From NCBI RefSeq assembly GCF_009914755.1, contig NC_060928.1: 64,000 nucleotides of DNA, one strand, 5' to 3'. Below the pieces are notes generated by a model. That model ran no database searches, was not told the DNA's origin, and saw only the letters and a program-made list of their open reading frames with translations. This document shows positions 39,489-52,895 of this stretch, in pieces. The position numbers and the translations under genes are program-made. Each line of letters starts with the position of its first letter. The stretch's first letter is position 1. The stretch comes from the human T2T-CHM13v2.0 reference genome, Homo sapiens.

Positions 39489-41499
39489 ATGTCCATGCCT
39501 TGAAAGTCCTCAGATTCATTACTATTTGAGCAAGATCATTTCAACGGGATCACCCTAGATGTGATACATCTAGCCCATTAAGCACATTAGCCACCCTTCC
39601 TGTCTTTGTGCCCAGTAGGGCACATACCTGTTGATGCCAGTAAAGCTTGGGTGGCCTCGTCTATCTGTCTTTTAGCAGGAGAGTTCATCAAGGTTACTCA
39701 TGGGAAGAATATTTTTACAGTGTAAAGCCTCCACATCTAGGTACCAGATAATTCTCTGGGAATATTTTGGCTTTCATGCCAATGAGAGTTTGAATAATCG
39801 GTCCTCACATCTCCAACACCTTGGGGTGGGATGGCATGAATCCTTTCACTGAACTTTTGTTCATCAGCACTTATCAAGCCGTACAAAATGTGAGCTGACA
39901 TTGAGAAAGTGTGATTTAGAAAGGCACTCTGAGGCTTATCTTGTCCAAGAATATTTTTGCCTTAGACTAATATGTTACCTTTCCTTTTGACTTAATCTGA
40001 AATTTCCAAGATTGGAGTCACTTCCTTGAATTGGACAACTTCTAGGTTTCTGTACTCAGAATACCATTATTATAACCCACATATATTGCCTGAAGGTGGA
40101 GGAAGATCCTAAAGCCATATTTTAGTTTTCCACCCAGTACTAACTAAAATGTACATTTTAAGCTAATTGCCATTTTAAAAGTCACAGGACTTCTGAGATA
40201 CTGGACTGCTAAGCCTCTCAAGGGGTAAATATGCATGTGGGGAATTCACATTAATGCATCCATCATTTTAAAGTAGTAATTGCCTGAGTTTCTGATGAAT
40301 TTCTAGCTCTTGTTCTGGTTCCTCTTATGGCTTGATATAGCTTACTGTTCCTGAATAGTCTGAGATACTTCTCTATCTTAGCTATTTATCTTGTATTGAT
40401 TTGGAACTAGTCTAAATAATTTCATGTTACTTCAAGCCAAAAAAGTCTAGATAAGCAAGTAAGAGGCATCTACATGTGTGCAATAATTTAGGAGTGTACT
40501 GTATGTAATACAATGCCTAGTGTATAAGATATACATAATAAATATTGAAAGAAAATCTGGCTAGGTGGTGGTAATAAGACCAGAAAAGACAGGATAGAAA
40601 CCAGAGATTTGTGATAAAATAAAACCCCAAAAGATTTGGCAAGTGATGACATAGAAAAAAAAAAGATTGATATGGCATAAATCTTGCGAGGATTCATGCC
40701 AGAGAGAACTGAACCAAGAGGTAGACTTCCATCAGTTTTTTTGCAAAATAATTCTATACTAATAACAGTTAAAAATCTAAGAACACAATAAGTAGTGAGA
40801 AAACACAGACCAAAATAAACAGTAATGTAAGTAATATATGAAACATCTATGATTTTAAAATATTGGATGCTTTCTATGCATTTGATGGAAAAGCACCTCC
40901 CCCTCTCACCCCCTTTTTATCCTTTCCTTTGTATGTACAGGTTAATGTCTCTAGGCACTAGAATGGAAGCTAAAGAGGGCTCTCTTTAAAAGAGAATTTT
41001 TTATTTTTAATGCAAAGTCAATTTAGCACTACACAATGCAATTCAAAATGGGGTGTTTCTATTTCAGTAAAGGTGTTGGAAAGACAGTGAGTGGAAGAGA
41101 CATGGTTGTAAATAGCCCCAGTCACAGTAAGTCATAGCTGAAGGACAGTGTATGCATTTATGGAGGATGGAAAGGACCATTAGTCACACATCCATCTTTT
41201 CAGTCACTGAGAGAACAATCTCCATTAGTAACATCATTTTTGAATAATAAGAGAAAATGTATGTATGTCCTTGAAAGTTCAATAAATAGTGACCCTTACA
41301 CCTGAGAAATTTGTGGGCATCTGGGAAAGTTAATTATCTCTTTTATACCCCACAGTTTTATAGAATATTTTTATATTACTACCATGGTGTATTAAGCTAT
41401 ATCTTGGTGACCATAAAACATAAATAAGAAAAAGCTGAGAGAGAAAATATGTCAAAATCACTTAACATGGTGTCTGTACAAGTCAGCTGCTTAAGATAA

Positions 41500-42046
41500 T
41501 AAATTAAGGTAGGAAGAAATGTTTTCCCACAGCATTCCTGAGTTGATGTGTCCAGTGCAAGATGTGCTGGAATCCTGCAGTATAATATCTTGGGTTGCCT
41601 CTGGTTTTGATCAGCTCCATGGACCCATGTTCTGGAGGAGCTTAGATTTACCATGTGCTGACAGTGTTCCATTCAAGTTCACGCTGCTCAGATTTGTGTT
41701 TTGTATCCAGGGCCTCCTCTCATGCTGTGGAAGCCCACTGAGCCTGGGTACAAGCACAGCCTGGCAATGTGGGATAATTTACATCTTTAGCGGCAACCCT
41801 CAAATGGAAGAAGAAGCCAATGAAAACAGACTTCCATCCTTCGGGTGAACAATTCACAGATAGTTCTGGCAAATTCACCTCAGGAAGCTTGTTTATGCCT
41901 TCTCGCATTAGCTTTTCTTCCCTCCTTGCCTTTTTTTACTCTTCTTGTTGCCTTATTCCTGATTTTTGCAATCACCTTTCAAATAAAACAACTGCACCCA
42001 GGTCCTTGTCACTAGCTCTGTTTATAAGGGATCCTAAACTAAGATA
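41500..42046 (+). mobile_element. LTR16-group ERVL LTR (5' boundary uncertain)
   Basis: 3' end caaataaaacaactgcacccaggtccttgtcactagctctgtttataagggatcctaaactaagata resembles LTR16 termini. Confidence 0.55.
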
Positions 42047-43367
42047 GTTGGTCATTGTATATTAATCTGACTGATGTTTCTCTGAAGGCATACAGTCAAA
42101 ATCGAAGGCTACAAACCATAATTTGATTTTTAGTAAAGGTAAAGATTTGGTAAGTACTATACCGAAATACTTAACATACTTCATTTCACCTGCAAAAATG
42201 GGTATGTTTTGTTTATACTCTACCTATGTCTATGCAATGCTATAGTTGAATTAAATTTTGCAAAACAAATCTGACATTAGGAATTTCCTGCGTTAGTAAA
42301 AATCAACTCTTATCCCTTTATGATATGAGTTTATGTTCATATTACTCATAAGTAGGTGATAATCATCTATATAAATCAACACGATCACTCATTTAATACA
42401 TTAAAAGGAACATGTTTTTGTAAAGTGAATAAATTGCTTCAAAATAGAAATAATCTTCAGTTTCTCAATTCTGATTTCAATATGACAAATTTCTTAATCT
42501 GGGAAGCTATACTTATTCTGAAATGTACATAATCAAGATTTGAACCTTTCTCTTGAAATAAATGGCTCCTAATTTCTTGAAGAATATGTGAACTTAAAAG
42601 GACAAAATAGAATTGTCATGAGTTAATTTCACTGCCATTAAAATTCTGTTATTATAAAGCTTATGAAGTCCACCTAGCACACATTTTATAAGCTCCCATT
42701 GGTAATATAAATTAGAAGAAAAATGTGCTTAAATAATCTTGCATATATGAAATATATGGAAAATATAAAAAACACTTTAAAGTGTTATTGTTGAAAAATA
42801 ATTTTTAAACTGTAGTTGATGAAAAACATTTTCTAAAATAAATGATAAAAGTAATTCATAATGAAAGAGAATGCTAGTAACAGATTGTGAATTTTTCAAT
42901 TTTTATAAAAATATTTATAATTTAATTAAAATTCATATAACTTTATAAAATTAATAATTTTAAAGTGGAAAATTCAGAAGCAATAGGATAGTCACAGTCT
43001 TGTGCAATCGCCACCTCTATGCAGTTCCCATTTTCATCATCTCAAAGGTAAACCTGTGCCCAATGAGCAGTTACTCAATTCTTTTGTCTCCGCAGCCCCT
43101 GACAACCATTAATTTGAGCTTTTTGCCTCAGCAATTTTTTTTTTATTTACAGTAATTTCTCACCATTTCTTTAAAGTGGTAAAGTTCTTTAAACTGAAAG
43201 TTAAATGAAGTATAATGTTCAAGTAGAAGTCCATATTTCTTACATAAACTCCCTGGGGAGAAATGCATGTTAAGATTTCAGATGTTTTTGGATTTTATAA
43301 ATGTTATGTATGGGCACATGTATATGAATTAATTTCCTAGTGGAATTTTTTTCATTTAAAAAATATC

Positions 43368-44742
43368 TTATTTTATTGTGGTAAGAACCCAACATGGGTT
43401 CTATTCTCTTAACAATTTTTAGGTGTACAATACAGTATTGTTGACTACATGTACAATGGAGTACAGCAGGTCTCTAGAACTCACTCATCTTTAACTAAAA
43501 CTTCATGTACATTGATTAGTAATGCCCCATTTCTCTCACCTCAACCCCTGACTATGACTATTTTACTCCAATTCTATGAGTTTAGCTATTTTTAGATACC
43601 TCATATAAGTAAAATGCTGCAGTATTTATCTTTCTGTGACTGACTTGTTTCAATTAGCATAATGTCCTCAAGGTTCATCAATGCTGCCTCATGTTGCAGA
43701 ATTTCCTTCTATTTTAAGGATGAATAATTTTACACTGTATGTACCTACTACATTTTCTTTATCCATTCACCTGTCAACAGACATTTATGTTGTTTCAACA
43801 TCTTGACTATATTGAATAACACTGCAATGAATATAGGAGTGATGATAATCTCTTTGAGATGGTGATTTCAGTTTTTTTAAATAAATACCCAGATATGGAA
43901 TTGCTGGATCATATGACATTTCTATTTTTAATTTTCTGAGGAAAAATTAAAAATAGTACCATTTTGCATTTCCTCCAATAGTGCACAACATGAGGTGATA
44001 TCTCATTGTGGTTTTGATTTGAATTTACCCAATGTTTAGTGATGTTGAGCATCTTTTAATAAACCAATTGCCATTTGTACATCTTCTTTGGAGAAATGCC
44101 TTTTCCAGTCCTTAGCCCATTTAAAATATCAGGCTATTAGTTTTATTATCCTATTGAGTTGTAGGGATGTATTGGTCTGTTCTCACACTGCTAATAAAGA
44201 CATACTTGAGACTGAGTAATTTATACAGGAAAGAGGTTTAATTGACTCACAGTTCCACATGGCTGCGGAGGCCTCACAATCACTGTGGAAGGCAAATGAG
44301 GAACAAAGTCACTTATTACGTTGTGCAGGCAAGAGAGCTTGTACAGGGGAACTCCCAATTATAAAACCATCAGATCTTGTGAGACTTATTTACTTTTATG
44401 AGAACATCATGGGAAAGACCTAGCCCCATGATTCAAATACCTCCCACTGGGTCCCTCCCATGACACATGGGAATTATGAAATCTACAATTCAAGATGAGA
44501 TTTGGGTGGGGACACAGCCAAACCATATCATAGGAGTTTTTCAGATTGTGGAGATTAACCCCTTATTAGATATATAGCTTGCAAATATTTTCTCTCATTC
44601 TGTACATTGCCTTTTCACTCTGTTGATTATTTCCTTTGCTTTACAGAAGCTTTTAGTTTGATGTAGTCTCACTTGTTCATTTTTATTTTTGTTGACTTTA
44701 CTTTTGGTGTCATATCCATGAAATCACTGCCATGACCAATGT
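43368..44742 (-). mobile_element. L1MA-type 3' portion, interrupted by THE1B
   Basis: ttttattgtggtaagaacccaacatg...tacagcaggtctctagaac 3'UTR; reverse ORF2 up to gaagcttttagtttgatgtagtctc...cttttggtgtcatatccatgaaatcactgcc. Confidence 0.88.
44168..44530 (-). mobile_element. THE1B solo LTR
   Basis: tgtattggtctgttctcacactgctaataaagacatac...gaggcctcacaatc...ccaaaccatatca; near-TSD TAGGGA/TAGGA. Confidence 0.92.
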
Positions 44743-45242
44743 GATACTAAGAGGGAAGTTTATTGTGATAAACACCTACATTAAAAAAGAATAAAGATCT
44801 CAAATAAACAACTTAACATTAGACACCAAGGACCTAGAAAAAGAAGAAGAGCCCAAAGCTAGAAGAAAGAAAAAAATTTACAAAGATTAGAGCAGAAATA
44901 AACAAAATATAAAACAACAGGAAAAAAATAAAAAAGAAGAGCTGATTCTTTGAAAGGAAACAAAACTGACAAACCCACAGCTGGACTAAGAGAAAAAGAG
45001 AGAAGAAAGAAATAAACAAAATCGGAAAAAAAGAGGATACATTACAACTGATGCCACAGAAATAAAAAGGATCATATGACACCATTATGAAGAATTATAT
45101 GCTAACAAATTAGTTAACATAAAAGAAATGGATAAATTCCTGGAAACATACAACTACCAAGACTAAATTGTGAAAAACTAGAAAGTTTAAACAGACCTAT
45201 AACTAGCATGGTTATTGAGTCATTAATTTAGAACCTCCCAAC
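44741..45242 (+). mobile_element. L1 ORF2 segment inverted relative to the adjacent L1
   Basis: ctaagagggaagtttattg (LRGKFI), gaaatggataaattcctggaaacatacaac (EMDKFLETYN), ending aacctcccaac (NLPT). Confidence 0.88.
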
Positions 45243-47429
45243 CTTTTTTCGATTATACATTCTCTTTTAAATATATTCTCCCTTTGAATAACATCACTGA
45301 AAGACAAATATATTAAAGATAAAATTTTCTCTATATATAGAAATTAAAGGAAAACTTAAGTTTTTAAGAGACATAGGAATCTATTAATTTGGAAATATCT
45401 CTCATATCAGTTGAAAAGTCTTTCATCTGGTCTGAAAACTTTATTTCAAATAATTAACAACAGATATATTCATAATATGCCAATAGAAGATCAATAGAAA
45501 AGTATAATTGTTTGCTTATTTGGAAATATATTTATAAATCCAAAGTGGTCATTAACTAAAAATAAAATAATTATAAATGTCAATTGGAAGTAAGCAGTTA
45601 CAGATATGAAATGCCAGTTTAGAAGCTACTGATATTTTTAAGGTGACATGTATCCTTACTTTATTCTTGCTTCAAACATCTGAGCTTTTATGCTCAGTCT
45701 TCATCAGTCTATGACATAGTTAAAAAACTCAGACTCTTAATTCACAATTTATACATAATTCAATTATATATTTTATTTGGCCAACTTTGGTCAACCACAT
45801 ATGACTTCTGGTACCATGGTATAGATTTTTCCATATTTCTACACTGCCACTAGATACATTCACCTAAATCAACTGTAAAGATATTTCATCCAAAGTGGCT
45901 GTAAAAATAATAGCACATTTGTGTGATGTACAAAGGGAAATAAAATTAACTGTCCACAAAATCTTTTAAATCCTATGAGTTTTGGAGTAAATTATAATTT
46001 ACTATTTACTCTATAATTTTCAATTAAAATACGTTCTATCTATTTTAATTTTCACCCTCTGTTGTTACCTACAACATTATAACATCTTGAAATCATTATT
46101 CAGAGAACTTTTTGTTCGTATACATGGATAGTATATATATCAGCTAACCTCTTTCGTCATGGGGATATGAGATCAAATATATTATATTAATTATGTAATA
46201 AGGATCTCCAACTTTTCAGAAGGCAAAGTTATATCTAGAGTCAAACAAGACCAAATTAAAGGTAGGGTGGTAGGTGTGGTTCACCCTTGGTAAATGCAGT
46301 AAGACAATGCATTGTTGGGAGGGGATTCAAACAAAATTCTAAAACTTATTAAATAGGTCTGCTTTTTATTAACATAATGCGTCAGCATTTTGGAATAATG
46401 TCAGTTAAAAAATACATTCCTCCACCCCATCAGTTCTAAATAATTGCAGAAATTACTATTGATATCTATCTATTTATCCACCCATATATCTATTTATCTA
46501 TCTAAACCTATATACTTAAAATGGGCCACATTAGTGCAGTGTTTATTTCTTATCATCTAATACACATTGTATTCTACATCAAAATTAATTTAAAAATTTT
46601 TCAGTTTTAATGTTGGCCCACGGCACACACAGACTGAGATACACATGTTCATTTCAAGAGACAGTTGTAATGATTGGAAGTTTTTTGACATCACTTCAGT
46701 CATAGTCTATGTCTTTATCCTTGTGATAGTAGATATCACATATGACTGTGTTTGAATATTCTATTCAAAATAAGCAACAATATCTCAGTGATTGTAAAGA
46801 CTAAAAACTGAATTTTAGTTACTTCAATTCTATTATTTGACGTAACTGCCTGAACTTTTTATTCATATTTAAAATTTGATAGGTGAAAATTTTAGCTCAT
46901 ACATAAAATATGTTACTCAGTTTGGATATTTTCAAAAAATAAAATATGTTCTTCATTTTCAGTTGTCAGTTGCTTTTTTAAAACTAAAAAGTGAGTCCAG
47001 AAAATAATGATTATTAATGATTATCACATGGTTATTATGAAAATTAGTTTTGTCATTTAGATGATGGTGGTGGGAAAGAAATGATACAACCCAAGTTCAA
47101 ATGCACTATGTATGCCACTGTTAACAAACTTACTAAACTAGATAGACACAACACTAGATAAGGCTATGAGATGTTCTCTCAACCTTTCTACTTATCGCCA
47201 CATATACTGAGGTACAATGATGGCATAAAAGTAATTTCAAAAAGATACATCAATATTTTTAACAGAAATTTGAACAAACAGAAATTCTAATCATAATTAA
47301 CAATGGACATTATATTATAACAATTTTATCTTTAGTCTTTGGCAGATTAAAAGTGCTCTTTCATTTACAAAATGACTATGTAAAGAAACAAATTTAGGTA
47401 AAGAATAGTAATAGTGTCTGATTTCATTT

Positions 47430-48118
47430 TTAATACTTGACTACTGCTAGCTTCTAAGCCCTACCATTCCTGCCCCCATTCTGCCCCACAGCTGGGCAAG
47501 CTATTTAAAAAAGCTCAGGTACTCTCTACCTTAATGCTGGTGAGTTCAAATCATGCAATCCTTGTCCTATTAAGAGGAACCTTCACGGCCGGTCGCGGTG
47601 GCTCAAGCCTGTAATCCCAGCACTTTGGGAGGCCGAGGCGGGCGGATCACGAGGTCAGGAGATGGAGACCATCCTGGCCAAAATGGTGAAACCCCGTCTC
47701 TACTAAAAATACAAAAAAATTAGCCAGGCGTGGTGGCAGACGCCTGTAGTCCCAGCTATTCAGGAGGCTGAGGCAGGAGAATGGCGTGAACCCAGGAGGT
47801 AGAGCTTGCAGTGAGCCGAGATCGCGCCACTGCACTCCAGTCTGGGCGACAGAGCGAGACTCCGTCTCAGAAAAAAAAAAAAAAAAAAAGAGATACCTTC
47901 ACTCAGACCCATTCCTTAACTACCATCAACTCCATGCTAGTTCCTGATCTCTTCAGTCACTTTTGAATCTGCTTGGCAGCCTGCCTTCTCTCCCAAGAAT
48001 CATTATGTGAGTCATAATTCTTTCCTACTCCCTTTAATGTATGTGGTATCTTCAGTTTAGACATCCAAACTAAATGTTAAGTGGAGGTTTCATTCCACCT
48101 CTGGGAAGGGTACAACGT
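47430..48118 (+). mobile_element. MER73/MER74-group ERVL LTR interrupted by AluY
   Basis: ccacagctgggcaagc...gttcaaatcatgcaa...cattatgtgagtcataa...gtggtatcttcagtttagacatccaaactaaat. Confidence 0.5.
47587..47889 (+). mobile_element. AluY, full length with TSD
   Basis: CpG-rich Y-type Alu with A-tail; TSD aagaggaaccttcac / aagagataccttcac. Confidence 0.96.
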
Positions 48119-48899
48119 GGCTGTTCTCCCAATGTAGGGCATACACTGAAGTGCAGTCAATATGAGGAACTATGGAAATATGAAAGAACCACTCCCCTGA
48201 CCCCAAAACATTAAATGTTGGATATATTATCCACACAACAAACATTTTATGCCTAGTTGAACTCAAATCCAAAGCATAATAACCTAAAAATTATATAAAT
48301 AAAAAATATGAAAAATTAAGTAAAATTTGAAGGTTAAATGGCCCATGGGGGTAATGTACACAAAATATAAGCAGCACAAGCTGGTGACTGGAGTTTTTCA
48401 ACTTGCTAAAAGAAGAGAATCTAATCCTCAATCCTTTATGTCTATGAAGAATAGCAACAAAAATACCTGAATAAAACTGGACATCATAAAATCCTACATC
48501 AGCCATGAAATAGAACTAGGAAAGTTCATATCTCCTAGAACATTGTAGGAGAGCTTAGAGTAGTACATCATGAGCCATGGGTGGATTATATCATACACAA
48601 ATATTTGGTCAAAACACACCCATCTCAAATTATCCTGGAGACCTTAATCTAAGAAAGTAAGATAAAATCTCTTTCCCCAAACCTACAGAATACTACTTTA
48701 GGTATTCTGAGTCTTCTACTTTTTAAATGAAACATAGGAAGGTAAAAATATTTTTTAAAATAAAGCCCATATATATTTAATAAGAATACAGGGCATAGTC
48801 TTGTAATAACAGTTCTGCAGTTCAGGTCATGGAAAATACACTTTTTAAACAAATAGCAACGAAGAATGTATCATGGGAATATCAAGCACACACAAAGGT

Positions 48900-51180
48900 A
48901 CTAGGCACAAAGAGAAAGTGTCAATTGTTTTAACTAACCAAAAAACTTGCATCAGAAAACTGAAAATCTAAAAGACATTTTTGACAAGTCTGCTGAAAAT
49001 ATTCAAAGGGGAGAAAAAAAGAAAAATCAAGGTGTTGTATGAAAATAATGGTCATATTTTTTAATTAAAATAATGTAAAAATCAGAGCATAATCAAGTAA
49101 ATAAAATAAAGTAGAGGGGTTATAGAGTTGATAATACCAGCCTGAAGAGTAAAATATTGCCATAGATACATGTAAGAAACAATTTTAAATGAAATACAGA
49201 TATATAAAAAGATAAAAATATCTATCAGATATTTCGTAAGAATTCATGGAAAAAATAATGACAAGAGCACTGTTTGAAAAGTTGAGAACTTTTTAGAATT
49301 GAGAAATTAGATAAGTCCTCATGTTGATGAATCAAAACAGATGCATACAAACACTTCATGTGTTATAGCCACCAAGCATCAAAGTAAGAAAGAAATCCTA
49401 AATTAAATTGGGCATTAGTAATTACCAACTAAGCAATAATAATTATACAAACAGTCATTATAAAATCAGGTAAAGTAGAAATTAGACATGATAGATCTTA
49501 TTTTTAAGCAGTGAGAAAGAAGAAATTGTAACATAAACTTTTATTACTAGCTGAATTATCATTATGAAACAGCCACCAAAAAAAAAAGTTGCTAATCATA
49601 GATACTCAGTAAAACATAGGCTAACCCATTTTTTCCACCAGGAAAGAAGTTGAACTCACAAAGAAATAGAGGCAATTTTAGGTATGCTAGAAAGTCTAAA
49701 TAAGTGCTAAATATAAAATTAATTTGGGGAATCAAAATATAATAAATTAAAATATTGAACAATAACATTGAAGACAGAAGGTCAAAAACAGAGTTATAAA
49801 ATCTTGAAGCTTTTGACTATTATGAAATAGGTTAGTAATGAGTAGCGTTATACATTTTTAGATTTACATGTTAAAACATATAAAGGTTAAACCATGTAAG
49901 ACTTACCATTATAAGCAGAGAAATTAAATATTTAAATTCAAAATGAGTAGAACTTAAAAAAAAAAAAGGAGGGTATTTATAAAATTGATCAATCTAGTGG
50001 TATTTTAAGTGAAGGAAAAAAGTGAAAGAAAATAAATGAAGACAAATATATGAATAACCACAATAAATGTAAATTAAATAAGCTTTCCTATTCAAAAAAA
50101 CAGGAATTATTATATAAGCTGGAACAACAACCAAACAAATCAGACTATATGCTGTTCAGAGAGACACAGAACAAAAAACATAGGATAGTCTGAAAACAGT
50201 AGATGGAGAAAATATACCAAGACCATGCATACCTAAAGAAAGATAATTTAGAAACATTAATATTAAATTGAATTCAATTTAATTCAAAAGCTTTAATAGA
50301 TATGAAAGTTAATACAAAATGATAGTTATTAAAATGAAAATGATAATTCATTACAAAATAATAAATAATTTCAGTGAGAATATTTGGCAAAAACTCCAAT
50401 TTTATATACATGTAAAATATATAATATATATGCACATTTAAATATATATGCATATACATGCACATTTATAATATATATATGTATATTATACATAACATGG
50501 TGGAAAGGAGCAGAGCAAGCTCTGGTTCCTTCATTTCCTTGTAAGGACACCAATCTCTTCATGGGGGCTTTAGCCTCATGATCTAATTCAAATCCTATTA
50601 CCTTCCCAAGGCCTCACCTCCAAATGCCACCATGTTACAGCCTCAACGTATGAATTGTGAGTTGAAAGGAAAAATTTTAAAAATAACCATAATACATAGT
50701 TATGTTAATTCAATGCACTTCTTTCAGAAGCTAAATTTCAAGAAGGTTGTTTATTTTCTATTTGTTTGGTGAAAGTTACATTGCAAATGAACCAATCACA
50801 AACATTGACTAAATGTGAGTATACAAGTCACCACCACCACCATCACTATGAATCACAAAAATATACCAAATTGATATATGCAATAGGTTCTCTGACTATA
50901 ATGCAATTAAGTTAAAGAGCAACCATAGTCTCCCATATTTTAGGGAAAATACTTTCAAATAACTTGTGGGTTACAAAGCAAGCTACAAGAAATATTTAAG
51001 ATTATTATATATACAATTCTAATACTTTTTAATAAATAAATGTGGGATGCCGGTAAAGTTTTACTTAGAGGAACTCATGACTTTAGATGATTTGCTAACA
51101 AATAAGAATAACAAGAAATCAGAAAATCAATGAGGTAATTATTCAACTCAAAAAGCTAGAATGATACAAACTAAAATAAT
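48900..51180 (+). mobile_element. Very old L1M (ORF1 end to ORF2 endonuclease remnants)
   Basis: A-rich strand bias; ataaatgtaaat...cagactatatgctgttcagagagacac...gatggagaaaatataccaa resemble the ORF2 EN start; cttagaggaactc at ~51064. Confidence 0.6.
50494..50656 (-). repeat. 163-bp copy of the MLT1A segment at 52236-52398
   Basis: Ungapped alignment by eye, about 19 mismatches in 163 bp. Confidence 0.9.
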
Positions 51181-51209
51181 GAGGAAAGTTTCACCCACAT
51201 TTGGTCTAC

Positions 51210-51405
51210 CCCAGTAGCAGTGGCACTGGAAATTTGAGAATTAGTGTAGTTGTCTTTTTTTTTTTTCAATTGTGGTGTGGTGTTCTATTGACATTTAATG
51301 TCAATGGGGCAAGGATACAAAATGTCCTACAATGCACTGGATAATTCTCTGTAACAAAGAAAGGTCTAACCCAAAATGCTAAGAGACTTTCCATTAAAAA
51401 ATATT
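51210..51405. mobile_element. MER20-like hAT-Charlie fragment
   Basis: ttctattgacatttaatg...gcaaggatacaaaatgtcctacaatgcactggata...aacaaagaaaggtctaacccaaaatgc. Confidence 0.6.
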
Positions 51406-51439
51406 TAATGATGATCAAAGTTTATTTTAAACTGTAAAA

Positions 51440-52050
51440 ATTCTAAATTTGACAACATTATGCAATTGGAATTCTCATATCCTGCTTGCAGGAATATAAA
51501 TGAGTAAAACCATTTGAAGAGCAATTTCACAATTTCTGATAAAGCTGAAGATGTGCACTTCCCCTACTCATCCTGTGACTCACTCCAATCTCCACTTACG
51601 GGTATATTGTCTAGAGCAGCCCTCACACATGTGTGCCAGGAAACACCAAGGTGTTTATGGCAGCATTGTTTGAAATAGTTAAAATATGGAAATCCTAGGC
51701 ATATGCTAATAGAAGAATAGGGTCAATAGAATATGGCAGATTCACATAGTGGAATACGGTAGGCCAGTATAAACAAATGTAATTATTTTATATGTAGACC
51801 CCGAATGGAGAAAGCAACTTGCAGAATAATTCAGGGAAAAAGGCCATAAAATCAATACACATATAATTCTATATATAATTCATAGATATATATGTAGTAA
51901 AATATGAAATTATGAACAAGAAGTATAACCATCCAATTTATTATAGTGGCTATGTCTAGGGGGGAGGGGGAAGGGATATGAAACTAGAGCACATATGACT
52001 TCAACTCCATTTGTTATTTTACTATCCTTGAAGAAAGCAAATATGACAAA
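51440..52050 (+). mobile_element. L1ME-type 3' end
   Basis: ggaattctcatatcctgcttgcaggaatataaatgagtaaaaccatttgaagagcaattt...gtgtttatggcagcattgtttgaaatag. Confidence 0.65.
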
Positions 52051-52057
52051 GTGTTAA

Positions 52058-52442
52058 TTATCTTAGTTCAGGCTGCTTTAACAAATACACCGTAGACTCT
52101 GGCTTATACAATAAACACTAATTTCTCACAGTTCTAGAGGTTGAGAACTCCAATATCAAGAAGACTCTGGTAGAGTCCATGTCTGGTAAGGGTCTGCTTC
52201 CTGGTTAATAGACAGCCATCTTTTCACTGTATTTGAACATGGCAGAAGGGAGCAGAGCAAGCTCTGGTTCCTTTATTCCCTTACAAGGGCACCAATCCCA
52301 TCATGGGGGCTTTACCTTCATGATCTAATTTAAATCCAATTACATTCCCAAGGCCCCACCTCCAACTACCACCATGTTACAGCCTCAACATATGAATTTT
52401 GTGGTGACAGGGAATGAGAACACAAACATTCAGTCCATAAAA
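52058..52442 (-). mobile_element. MLT1A MaLR solo LTR
   Basis: tcttagttcaggctgctttaacaaatac...atttctcacagttctagagg...cacaaacattcagtccata. Confidence 0.87.
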
Positions 52443-52895
52443 ACCTTTGTTAATTTGTCTGGTCCTTACATTTATGAATATTATTCTCTGTAACATGGTC
52501 TATGGTTTGAAATAAAAATTTTCATTAGTCATCTCAGCTCATTGAATTTAAATTTATAGGAATTGTATATTACATATTAGAGTCTGCACTAAAATAAGAT
52601 CTTTATGTTACAGAGTCTCTGCACCGTGCACTATACTATACTGTCCCTTTCATGTTTCCACTAATTCCTAAATATTCTTCCTGGTAGCGACATTTTGAAC
52701 ATTATTAGTTCATATGTTTGAAAATGTTTTCAGTTAACATGTCACCTGTAGGCTAAATTAACCTTTATTTTTTTAACTCTGAAACACCAAGGCTTTTTCG
52801 CCTAAATGTTGTTTCTTTTTTCTCCTTTTCTTTATTGTCTCAAAGTCCTAAGTTCTGTAAAACTTATTGTAAATTGAATTTTATTGTTTACCTAT

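Noticed and set aside
46250-47120. Possible ancient hAT DNA transposon
   Set aside because: Only a terminal-like ...tatgccactg hint; I could not confirm TIRs, a TSD or a family.
47587-47610. gctcaagcc variant in an AluY as a marker of a monkey-specific Alu subfamily
   Set aside because: A single substitution; the rest of this element and the other AluYs look generic, so no species call is supported.
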